Below, piece after piece: positions 26,362 to 37,964 of a stretch of 64,000 nt of DNA (position 1 is the stretch's first letter; each line of letters opens with the position of its first letter). The notes beneath the pieces are model-generated. The model searched no databases and was not told the DNA's origin. It saw only the letters and a list, made by a program, of their open reading frames with translations. A program made the position numbers and the translations under genes. This DNA is from Callorhinchus milii (taxonomy: Eukaryota): contig NW_024704742.1 in the NCBI RefSeq assembly GCF_018977255.1, positions 62,932,001 to 62,996,000 on the forward strand. Direction: 5' to 3'.

Positions 26362-28706
26362 TTTCTTGATCAGTATGTTTTCAGTGTAACAAGGAAGGAA
26401 GCAGTGCTGGATCTAGTTCTGGGGAATGAAGTAGGGTAAGTGGAGCAGGTTTCAGTGGGAGAGTATCTGGGCAATAGTGATCACAACATCATTAGATTCA
26501 GAGGGCATATGGAAAAGGACAAGGAACCATCAAAGGTGAAGATACTCAACTGGAAGAGGGCTAACTTCAGTGAGTTAAAAAGGAACCTAGATATGGTGGA
26601 CTGGAAAGAAAAGTTGGCAGGTAAAACAACTAATGAGCAATGGGAAGTCTTCAAGGATGAGATAGCTCGGGGACAGAACAAATATATTCTGACAAAAGGG
26701 AAAAGTAGGGCATCCAAATCTCCCTGGATGACGAAGGTAATTGTGTCTAGAATGAAGCAGAAAAAGGAGGAGTATGACAAATGTCAAACCCGAGATACAG
26801 AACAACAACAACAACAACAAGATTTCATTTATAGAGCGTCTTTCACGTCGGGAGGATGTCCCAAGGCACTGGACAGTTGGGTCGGGACCAGAGCAGGGGG
26901 GAAATGGTCAGGGTGAGGGGAGGGAAGGGAGGGAGCAAGGAGGGGGTAGAGAGTCGAGAGGGGAGCTGAAGGCACGGTTGAAGAGAAAGGTCTTGAGACC
27001 AGCCTTGAAGGAGGAAAGGGAGGAAGCAAGGCGAAGGCACTGGCGGATGGAGTTCCAGAGGCTAGGGGCTGAGAGGCTGAAGGTCCGGCCACCAATGGTA
27101 GGGCGGTTGGGGCGGGGGATGTGGAGCAGACCGGAGCCAGAGGAATGGAGGGTACGGGGGATAATAGGTCGAATGAGTACTTTGCATCTGTTTTCACAAA
27201 AGAAGTGGATGCACCAAATGCCGCAGTATCGGAGGAGAGGGTAGAGGAAATGGATAGGATAAATATAGTGGCCAATGTGACTCCCTTGTACAAAAAGGGA
27301 CAGAAGGACAAACCTGGGAACTACAGGCCAGTCAGCCTAACCAGTAGTGGGGAAACTCCTGGAGACTATAATCCGGGAAAGAATAAATCTTCACTTAGAA
27401 CAATATGGGCTAATTAGGGACAGCCAACATGGATTTGTTAAAGGCAAATCTTGTCTAACAAATCTAATAGAATTTTTCGATGAGGTAATGGAGAGGGTGG
27501 ATGAAGTTAGTGCAGTAAATGTAGTTTATATGGACTTTCAAAAAGCATTTGACAAAGTGCCACATGAAAGACTTGTAAGAAAGATAGAAGCCCATGGTAT
27601 AAAACGGACAGTGGCAGCATGGATCCTGAACTGGCTGGGAGCCAGAAAGCAGAGAGTTGTGGTGAATGGCTGCTTTTCTGACTGGAGGGAAGTGTACAGT
27701 GGTGTCCCCCAGGGATCGGTATTGGGACCACTGCTCTTCTTAATATATATAAATGATCTGGACTTGGGTATAGCAAGTACCATTTCCAAGTTTGCGGACG
27801 ACACAAAGTTAGGTAGGGTAGGATAGCAGCCAACTGCAGGAAGACATAGACAGAATGGTAAAATGGGAAGAACATGGCAGATGAGTTTCAATGTGGAGAA
27901 ATGTGAGGTAATGCATTTTGGAAGAAAGAATGAGGGGAGGCAATATAGGCTGGTAATACAATCTTAAAGGGGGTGAAGGAACAGAGAGACCTGGGGTTTC
28001 AGGTAAATGAATCCTTGAAGGTGGCAGGACAGATAGATAAAGCTGTAAAAAGGGAAGATGGGATACTAGGCTTTATAAATAGGGCCATAGAGTACAAGAG
28101 TCAGGAGGTTATGATTAACCTATTTAAAACACTGGTTAGGCCTCAGTTAGAATACTGCGCCCAGTTCTGGGCACCACACTATAGGAAGGATGTTGAGGCA
28201 TTGGAAAGGGTGCAGAGGAGATTTACGAGGATGGTACCAGGAATGAGGGACCTTGATTATGAGGAAAGACTGGAGAGGTTAGGATTATTCTCATTGGAGC
28301 AGAGAAGATTATGAGGAGACCTAATAGAGGTCTTCAAAATCATGAGGGGATTTGATAGGTTAGAAAGGGAAAAACTGTTTCCACTGGTGGGTGTGTCGGT
28401 GACTCGAGGTCACAGATTCAAAATAGCATCTAAAAGAAGCAGAGGGGAGGTGAGAAGAATTTTTTTCACGCAGCGAGTTGTTCGAATCTGGAACGCATTG
28501 CCTGAAAGGGTGGTCGAGGCCGATTCGATAACTACTTTTAAAAATGAGGTGGATCAATATTTGAGGAGGATAGGTTTGCAGGGTTATGGGGAAAGGGCTG
28601 GGGAGTGGGATTGACATTACATTGCTCTTTTCAAAGAGCCGGCACAATCTCGATGGGCCGAATGGCCTCTTTTTGTGCTGTACGATTCTATGATTCTATG
28701 ATTCTA
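26362..28706 (+). mobile_element. CR1 LINE, 5'-truncated ORF2 (endonuclease C-terminus and RT), frameshifted
   Basis: [58 protein letters not shown]; (ATTCTATG)n tail; apparent TSD TAAG. Confidence 0.95.
26801..27160 (-). mobile_element. L2 3' end nested in the CR1
   Basis: (CAA)n followed by the reverse complement of the L2 tail; matches 1512-1787. Confidence 0.9.
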
Positions 28707-31209
28707 TAAGACCAGTGTGACAATGGAACAGGCCACTGCTGGTCACTATGGTGAGGATTGCTACCTTAGTGACCCTATAGCTCCATTGCGTTTTTGTCTT
28801 TGTAAGTTGCATTGTTTTCCCTAGATACCTGCTCTGTCCTTTCACAAAGCCACTACACTTGGCAGCAATGACCTGAGAAACACTGTGAGACATTTTTACA
28901 TTTTAGACCCTGCATCAAATGCAAGGATTATAACTATATTATTGTATTATTTTTGTTCATTTTATTGCTGGATGTCTGAGCAGCCAGCACATTTCAAATG
29001 AGGATATGAATAACTACTTTCTGAATGATAAAGAATTGTATTTCTTCCATCTCAATGTAAATTTTCTTCAGCCAGATCATGGGTATCCAAAACTCTACAT
29101 TATATTGAAGGATAAAAAGCATTCCATTTGACAGGCAAAACACTTGTCAAACAAAAAGCCTCATGAAGCTTGTTACAACAGACAGAAAAAAAGTTAAAGA
29201 GAAAAATAACCCTCAATTACTTTAAAAACTCTGATGCAGAAAGATGCATTTTCTAGAGTGATATTTAGAGTAATATTGTGATGTGTATTGTTATAATTTT
29301 CATATCAATGTAAAGTATGTTTGTGGCGATCGATAGTTATTGGCAGGCATGTGAATAGCAATAACTTGCATTTGTGTCATGCCCTTTAAATAGGATAACA
29401 TCTTTGAGCACTTTACAAAGATGGAATTAGATGCTGAGTTAGAGAGAGGGGAGGGAGAGGAAAGAGGATTAACCTCTGCCTTTAGCACAAAAGGTTGAGC
29501 CTAAAAGCAGCCTAAAGTGGCTAACATAGTTTACTCCCTGGCATCCTGGGGAACCGGCACTTGAATTTCACGATCCACTGCCAGAAACTCCAATGGTGGA
29601 TTCTTTAGGCGCAACCAGAGGAGACGTCTCAGAGAGTACCTTACAGAGGTTTCTAACATTTTAAATGGGATTGAAAAGGTAAACCCAGAACTTTAAGATG
29701 AATCAAGGCAATAGGACAGGAGATCATAGAGCAGCATCGCAAAAAGACAATTTCAGGACAGACAATGGGAAGTACTTTTTATTCAGACCGTCGTTGCTTA
29801 ATGACTGGAACAGATTACTAAGAAGGTCAGTTGACACTGACTTATTTTCAATAAAAACAGCCTGATGTTGTGATGGGAAGACGGTAAGATGGGACCTCTG
29901 GAGGAATGAGATCAGATGGGCAGAATGGTATTCTTCATCCAAACCAATCCATGACTCTATGATCAGTGTGCTGTAGTCTGGTGGGGGAAGCCTTACCTAC
30001 GGACAGTCATCAGTAATCACTAAATATTATATATAATAATAATAATTTGGTCACTCAATCCACAATTGTTTGTGGGACACTGCTGTGCCCAATTGGCTGC
30101 CACGTTTCACCCACAAAATATAGTCAATTCACTTTACAGTATATTCCCTGAAGCGCTTTGAGACTCTCAAGGACATGTTAAGGTGCTATATCAAATGCAA
30201 GGAATATTATTATTTTATTAAAATAAATAATAAGTTAATTTATTATTTATAAAAGTTAAGTAAAACAATTAAAAAGCAAAAATAAGAAAACAATGATTTG
30301 AACAATTGTAAAATATTTTGATAAGTCAAATACAAGGTTGGAGCATTGCAATTTTGTACACAATCTGGTAATTCATTGGGAAACTATCTGAACATCATCA
30401 ATTACAAGGTTAGTTTTATTGTTCAGTCCTTACTACTGAAACCTTTTATAAATAATTAGTTTATTCAAGTTCATGTTTTGACCCCAAATACGTCGTGAAA
30501 AGATTTGATTTTCAAGTTTACATGGATGCCCTTTTCACTTGATTAATCAATGACATTTGGTGTACATAAAATAAAAAATCATGTACTTCAAGTATTAAGT
30601 GTTCCAGAGGGACTGTGAACAAGTTAAATTTCTTAAATTTGATAAAGCAAGAAGAGCGAGTTCCTTAAGCTAAAAAATATCCTTCTATATCCATTTCTTA
30701 CAATACTCTCAGACATTTTAGTAATCCAAATAATCATTGCATCTGGTATAGCGCCTTTCACGTCGGGAGGATGTTCTAAAGTGCTTCACAAGATATACTC
30801 TAAAGTCAATGACTATGTGTTTTCTGGATTGTTGCTTTTTGGATCTTAAAGATCCCCAGTAAATAAACTGAATCTAATGGTCACAATCGCTAATTAACAT
30901 GATTTCAGTCATCAACATCCATTTGCTGGGAGTGAAAGTTTAAATGGTCTAATTTAAGCAGTGAGAATATCTAATTAGGCTGATATTGGCAGTGTGGCCT
31001 TCAAATAGCCAAATAATAACAGTGGGAACTTGTAAATAGACTGAGAATGGCCACACCTTTAATTAGTGTGATTTTAGGCCCGTCTTTTGTACATATTGAC
31101 AACATTAACATTGCCTGATTCGATTGGTGAGAATCTCTAAACAGACTGGCATTGCCAGTGAGAACCTTTACATGAACAATATTATCAGGGAGAACATCTA
31201 AAAATCCCT

Positions 31210-31600
31210 TTTTTTGTCAGATGGGTGTCTGACACATGCAGGAACCCATCACTATATTTCAGAGCTTCCAAACCAAATTTAGAGCTTTCCTACCGTTTGT
31301 CGAGCTAAGGCACTCTATCTGTTACGGCTTTGGCTTGCAGGGTTCACAGGAGCTGAGTGAGAGGAATCCTTGCCTGCAGTGACTGGTTTGCCATTTTAAG
31401 TTCTGCTGATGAGCCAGCCTCCCAGTGCTATTATCAGCAGTGCCCTGGAATACTGCAGGCTCTTCTGGCCCAGGAATTGGGCTATCAAGACCGCCACAGA
31501 GGATGGGCTCAATTCTGATATTCCATTGCCAAATATGTCACCTTCGAGCCAGTTAAGCTCCAAGGAGATCCTGCTAAACTCCACCCCACCCCTCAAGGAG
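31210..31600 (-). repeat. Family X copy, internally deleted
   Basis: Reverse complement aligns with 57560-57830 and 58080-58155. Confidence 0.75.
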
Positions 31601-32491
31601 GATAAAAATCTCTTATACTAACGGGTACCCACACAAACTAGATGAGTTTCAGTCATTCCTAACAGCTATTTGTTCATAGCAATAACATTTAACTGGCCTG
31701 ATTTGAGCAGTGAAAATCTCTGTGTACACTGTATTGGCAGTGAGAAACTTTATACAGCAAAATAGTAACAGTAAAAACCTGTAAATAAAGATCAATGAAC
31801 ACAACCAATAATTATCATGATTTTAGGCTGTGTAGGACATTTTATGCCACATTGCTCACCAATACTCTTGTTGACGCTTTCATTACTTCACACCTTTCTA
31901 GCACCCAACTCTAGTCTCCAGAGTTATACCATTCAGAAACTCCAGCTAAACCAAATTTCCACCACTTGCATCCTCACGCATATCAAACTTATCCTACTCC
32001 TCACGAGTCTTCCTTGTTTCCCTCTCTACTAATGGATCGACTTGAATTCTTCACTATCACTTATAAATTCCTTCATGGCATTGCAGCTCCCTATCTCTGT
32101 GAATTTGTCTTATCCGTGTCTTATTGTCTATTCAACTTCCCTGCTTGGCTAATGTAATAAACAGCCCACACCCTCCCTGCACCATTCTGTGTGGCTGAGC
32201 CTTCGGCTATCAATGGCCTTCAACTCCGGAACTCCCTCTCTCTACCCTTCCACCTAATTCGTCTTTTCAATCTGTCTTTAAATTGTGCCTTAAAATCAAC
32301 CTCTTTAATAAGTAATGATACCAAATTTGAAGGCCTAGCAATAACAACCATGGTGACTTCCATGGTGACTTCCCCATATTTTCCCCATATCCCTCTTTCT
32401 TTTCCTTTGCTCGCTGTCCAACTTGTCCAGCGTAAAGCATTCTGAGACAATATCTTCATTATCCTATGCTCTATAAATGAAAGAAGAGTCA

Positions 32492-33010
32492 TGTAGCATA
32501 TTGGTTAGAGGACTCGCCTTGCAAGCGAGAGGATCCAGGTCCTCGAGTTTCCTTACTCCACATGCCTCTGTTTACCTAGCAGTAAGTAGGAACCTGGTTG
32601 GTAATCGATTGGCGAATGGCTTTCTGGAGGTTAATAATCCCTTCAAAAATAAATAATAATGATTTTGTCACTCAATGATAGTAGTAATAATAATCCTTGC
32701 ATTTGATATAGTGCCTTAGCATGTCATTAAAATATGTCAAAGCACTTCACAGAATATACTGCAAAGTAATTGATAATGTATTTTGTGGATGAAAAGTGGC
32801 AGCCAATTGTGCACAGCAGTGTCCCACAAACAGTTGTGGATTGAAATCTATGACTTTTTGTGGGAGACTGTTGAGCACAATTAGTTACCATTTTTCATCC
32901 ACAAAATACAGTCAATTTACTTTGCAGTATATTCTGTGAAGTGCTTTGACACATCTCAATGACGTGATAAGGCACTATATCAAATGTAAGGATTATAATT
33001 ATTATTGTTA
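32492..33010 (+). mobile_element. Type A SINE with an inverted SINE 3' half inserted at about 32676-32845
   Basis: tRNA-like head TGGTTAGAGGACTCGCCTTGCAAGCGAG; two opposite-orientation tails. Confidence 0.8.
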
Positions 33011-33204
33011 TTATAAGTTATTGGTTGTTGTTGCCAAGCCTTCAGATTTGGTATCATTACTTATTAAGCTAATTGATGTTGTTCTTGTTACAGCTGTGTT
33101 TTTTTGTTGTCCTTGGGATGTATTTTTCCCCCACTTCACTCAAAATGGCCTAAAAAAATTCCTTGCTTTTATTCCCTAGTTGCACTTCCCACTTTATCTT
33201 CCCT

Positions 33205-33565
33205 ACAATAACAATTTGCATTGATATAGCACCCTCCACACTGGGTAGCGACCTAGAACACTTGACAGTGGTGGAGTCTGACCCTGAGACAGGGGCAGAG
33301 GGAGGGAGGAGGTACCATAAGCACGATCAAACAGGAAAGTTTTAAAAGTGGCGAGGGAGGGGGCAAGGTGGAGGGATTGAGGGAGGGAGTTCCAGAGGTT
33401 TGGGGTATAGTGGCTGAAAGCACGGCCGTTGATGATGGAGTAGAGGGGTTGAGGGATGAACAGGAGGCCGGAGCCTGTCGAGCACAGGCAGCAGGTGGTG
33501 GATTGGGGAGGTAAGTAAGTCAGATAGGAAGGAAGGTGTGAGGGCATGAAGGGTATTGAAAACAA
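33205..33565 (-). mobile_element. L2 3' fragment
   Basis: GRAFSHYTPNLWNSLPQSL and a second-type tail. Confidence 0.8.
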
Positions 33566-34496
33566 AATTTTAGTTACCTAGAGCTCTTCTAACAATGAAA
33601 ATGTTTGCATGTTTCCTTAGGTGTCTCCTGATTCTTTCATTCTGTAACCTCTTCAACTCTGTTGATATATGGGGTATGTTCATTCATTTATCTTTGTAAT
33701 ATTAGATATGATGATGGTATTGGCTATTGTACTTGCATGCATTTAGTGCACGATAAAGATTTATGATCATGAGGACAGAACACAAGTTAATCAAATTTGC
33801 TCATGATCTGAAAGTGGGTGTGTAGGGTTATTAATGAAAGGAAACAAGCAGATAGAGAACAGAGGGATCTAGATAGTTTGAGCAGCTAGGTTGACAAGTG
33901 ATAAATGTCGCTTAATGTTGAGAAATGCATGGCCATGAGAACTAAGATAAGATAATAAGCATTGGGAAGATAAGAAGAGTATTATATGCTGCAGAACATA
34001 AGTCAGAAGGAGATTTGGTGAGTATAGTTCATTGTTCTTTATAATGTGTGATAAGGCAAGAAAGAGAACAGGAATTTTAGAGCTTTAGTGTACAATGATA
34101 ACAACAACAACTTGCATTTTTATACCACCCTTCACATAGGGTAGCATCCCAGAGTACTTGACAATGGCGTAATGGCAGAGCACACATCAAGTACTTTCAG
34201 ATACACCAAAGCGCATGATACCGGTTTAGAGTTTCAAAGGGTAATTTTAGGACCAACACTAGGAGAAATTTGCTTACACAATTACAAAATTATATCATCT
34301 GGAATGGGTTGTTTAGAGGAATGATTGAGGCTAGAAATTGGACTCATTAAAAAAAATCACAGATTGACAGGTGATTAGAGTATTCTGTAAGGATGAGATT
34401 AAGTGGAATGAAGGGCGTTCTTCATCCAAACCAATCTTGTGAACCAGTAGTAATTCACAAAATGTAACAATGCTTGCTGAACTTCCTAACTCTTAT

Positions 34497-34740
34497 AGAA
34501 GTTGCTGGGAACACTCAGCAGGTCAGGCAGCATCTCCGGAGAAAGGAAAGTGAGCCAACGTTTCGAGTCCACTATCGTTCGACTGTTCTCTGTCTGTTTC
34601 CTTTTGACAAAGAGCCATGGACCCGAAATGTTGATTCACTTTCCTTTCTCCATTGATGCTGCCTGACCTGCTGAGTGCTCCCAGTGACTTCTGTTTCTGT
34701 TTTCAGATTTCCAGCATCTGCAGTATTTCGCGTTTTGTTC
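34497..34740. mobile_element. Penelope-like inverted terminal-repeat pair
   Basis: CTGGGAACACTCAGCAGGTCAGGCAGCATC pairs with GATGCTGCCTGACCTGCTGAGTGCTCCCAG; degenerate TTGACAAAGAGCCATGGACCCGAAA core. Confidence 0.7.
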
Positions 34741-34769
34741 CCAACTCTTATCCTTCAGAAACTGTAGAC

Positions 34770-35135
34770 TATACAGAACTCTGCAGTTTGTGTCCTCTCC
34801 TGCACTAAGCTCCCATCCTCGCTTGACTTCACTGGCTCCCCAACCCTCAGAAGATTGAGTTCAAGATCCTTTTCCTCACTTTTAAAGCCCTCTATGGCCT
34901 TACTCCTCCCTACCTCTGCGACTTACTAAAACGTTACCAACTTGTCCGTTCCCTCTGTTTATCAGGCACTGGTCTGCTCCATGTCCCCCACCCTACCCAC
35001 TCCACCATTGGTGGTCAGGTCTTCAGCCTTTCTGCCCACATCCTCTGGAACTCCATTCCGGAAACCCTCCACCTCACCTCCTCCCTTACCACCTTTAAAA
35101 TATGTCTCAAGACCTTTCTCTTTGACTGCGCCCGT
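34770..35135 (+). mobile_element. L2 fragment
   Basis: CTTCACTGGCTCCCC...ATTGAGTTCAAGATCCTT (LHWLP, IEFKIL). Confidence 0.8.
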
Positions 35136-35611
35136 GGAAGGTGACACTAAATGTGCCATCAGCCTACAAAGGTTATATGACCCTGATGACGTGCATGGTT
35201 GGTTCACGTAATAGATAATTGAAGCACGTACACAGTGTTGCCCACATAGCCTTATACAGTGGTCTTACTCAAGGTCTTTACACAAAGTCTTAGACTTTCC
35301 AACCTTTTCCCAGAGTAGAAGAGATAAGTTTGCTTAAAACCAGATTGTTCCACTCTTCAGGGTCAGGTAAGATCACATGACTCTGATATGAGTGTGTGAA
35401 ACTATAGCAGACAAAGGAAAACTGTTCATTGTTATGATTGGATGTGAAAATGCTGCAGAATTGTCACGGGTCATGGTAAGAAATAATCATTGGTTGTAAA
35501 ATGTTGCATAATCTGATAAGAAAAAGAATATAACCCTTTGTCTTTATACATTCTTTGGAAGTACCATCTCGGGTGACTTGGGAACCTGATTGGGTGCTTC
35601 CGTTTACCGGT

Positions 35612-35656
35612 AAGCTTGTAATAAAGTTTGTAATAAAGCTTGTAATAAAGCCTGTA
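35612..35656 (+). repeat. 12-bp tandem repeat (AAGCTTGTAATA), about 3.5 copies
   Basis: Directly visible. Confidence 0.85.
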
Positions 35657-36404
35657 CTGATTACTGCTCATGTTTGTGTGGTCTATGGTTTTATTCCACG
35701 ACACGCCTTTGACCAACCTTCCACCTCCACCCTCCCTTGGCCTCCACCCCTCTTGACTTAAACCCCCAGCTCGGGTGCAAACCCAGCACTTTTGGGACAT
35801 CCTCCGTCCTCACGTGAAAGGTGCTATATAAATGAAACTTCTTATTGTTGTTTTAGATTAAGTATTGGTGCAACTTTATTTGAAACATTGTGTATAGTTC
35901 TGGAGTCCATACTAAAACAAAATGACATACTTCGTGGAGCATTGCTGTGTGCAATTGGCTGTCACATACACCTAGAAAGAAATCGTAATAGGAATCCTTG
36001 TACTTAATTTAATGCCTTACCACATTGTCAAGTTGTCCCAAAGGGCTCACATGGACGGTACCTCCAGCAATGTAGCATTTTCCCATTAATGAGTCAGCAA
36101 ACACTATGGAGATTCCAAATCTTGATGTAGGGCTTGAACCCATATTCTTCCAACTCAAAAGTGAGAGTGCTATCAACTGAGCCAGGCTGACACACAGCCA
36201 CCATACTTTACAATATATCCTATGAAGCACGATGAGACATGAACCATCAGCACCATGAGAAACTATATCAAATGATTATCATATTATCCTAGCATTGGAA
36301 AAATTCTAATGAAAGGTGACTATATTAATGAATGAGATTGGGCAATTATGAATTATGAATTATGAATGACAACTGTAGAAGTTGGGAATGTTTACAGTGA
36401 AGAA

Positions 36405-37232
36405 GAGATGACATCCAGGCCTGGCTGAGCGCAAACCTCCTGCAGCTGAACATCGACAAGATGGAAGCCATACTCCTTGACTCCTGTTAATGTCTTCACT
36501 CCTGCAGCTCTGACTACCTCAACCTCCCTGGCCTATCCTTAAGACTTACCGAACATGTACATAACTAGGTGTCAGGTTCTATCCCCAGCTATCCTTCGTT
36601 CCCCACATCCAGTTCCTGAGTAGGACAGCTTTCCTCCACTTCCGACCATAACTCACACCCAATGAAACCTAATCCCTTGTCTGCATACGTTCGACCTTGA
36701 TTATTCCAATGCCTTCTTCGCTGGTCGCAGCTCCATTATCCACAAAATCCAACTAATTCAGGACTACTCCACCCATATACTCACCAATCAAACTCCATAT
36801 CCCCATCACATTAGTCCTCACCAGGTTCCACTGGCACCACAGAACTGATCGACTTCAAGATCCTCACACATATCTACAAATCATTTCAGATAGGTGGGGA
36901 TAGAACCTGACACCTGGCACCTCCCTACCTCTTCGACCTGCTTACTCACCACTTCACCTTCTGCCGCCTCCACTCAGCTGGCTCCGGCCTCCTGCTTCTC
37001 CTTCCACCATCGGTGACCGGGCTATCAGCCACTATGCCCTGAAACTTTGGCACTCTCTCCCACATTCCCTTCTTCCTGCCCCATCCTTCCCCTTTTTCAA
37101 AATCTTCCTCTTCGACCATGCATACGTCACCTCCTCCATCCCCCTGACTGGGCATCAGGCTCCGCCACTGTAAAGTGCTCCGACATGCTACTACGCATGA
37201 AGGGCACTATATAGATGCATTTTAGTGTTGTT
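36405..37232 (+). mobile_element. Old L2 fragment with tail
   Basis: WLSANLLQLNIDKMEA, IDFKIL; tail CATGAAGGGCACTATATAGATGC. Confidence 0.8.
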
Positions 37233-37964
37233 GATTGAAATATTCTGAATTCAAAGGGTATATGGTCTAATGTGGTCAGAGGATCATGACAACCCAGAAG
37301 GATTAGACTAAAGAGACAGTTTAGATTTGATTATGTTACAGAAGGTGATCAAGATATGGGACAGTTTGCACAGAGAAGTGTAGCTGATGGATTCTGTGGC
37401 TTTCTAAATAGGTAATTGAATCTTTTCATGGTAAATTGGATTGGAAGATAGATGGGATGCTGAGATTGTACTTGAAAATGAGATCATTCACAAAGATTGT
37501 CATGGTTATCCTAGTCTTGGGCATTGCTATATTCCTTTCAAGGCAAATCAGCTTTGCTCAATTATTAGACTCTTGCCTCTTGGTCAGATGGTTGTGGGTT
37601 GAAGTCTCTTTGTTGGGAGTTGATCTCATAGAGCAGGCTGGCACTACTTTGAGTAAAGTACTGCCCTTTGGATTAAATGGTAATTCAAAGTCCTGTCTGC
37701 TGGTTCAAGTGGATGTTTTCTGTTCATAAAGAGAATAGAGTTTATGCTGGCCAATTTCCTTATGGATGTAATTTCACAGCAATGGAATTCTCCATTTTTT
37801 CTGCACTAACACAAAACTAGTAATCTTACATTCATTGTTGCTGTACACAATTGATGGATTAACCATTATGGATTTGTTTGGTCATGTGTTAACCCTTTGA
37901 AAGCTGGTGGTTTCATGGAGAATGCTATACTACCAGGTCCCCAAGTAACTTGATCATTCACTTC

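Noticed and set aside
27507..28647. Antisense ORFs over CR1
   Set aside because: Shadow frames of the RT coding strand.
30925..31790. CRISPR-like spaced repeats
   Set aside because: Eukaryotic context, degenerate units, no unique spacers and no cas genes.
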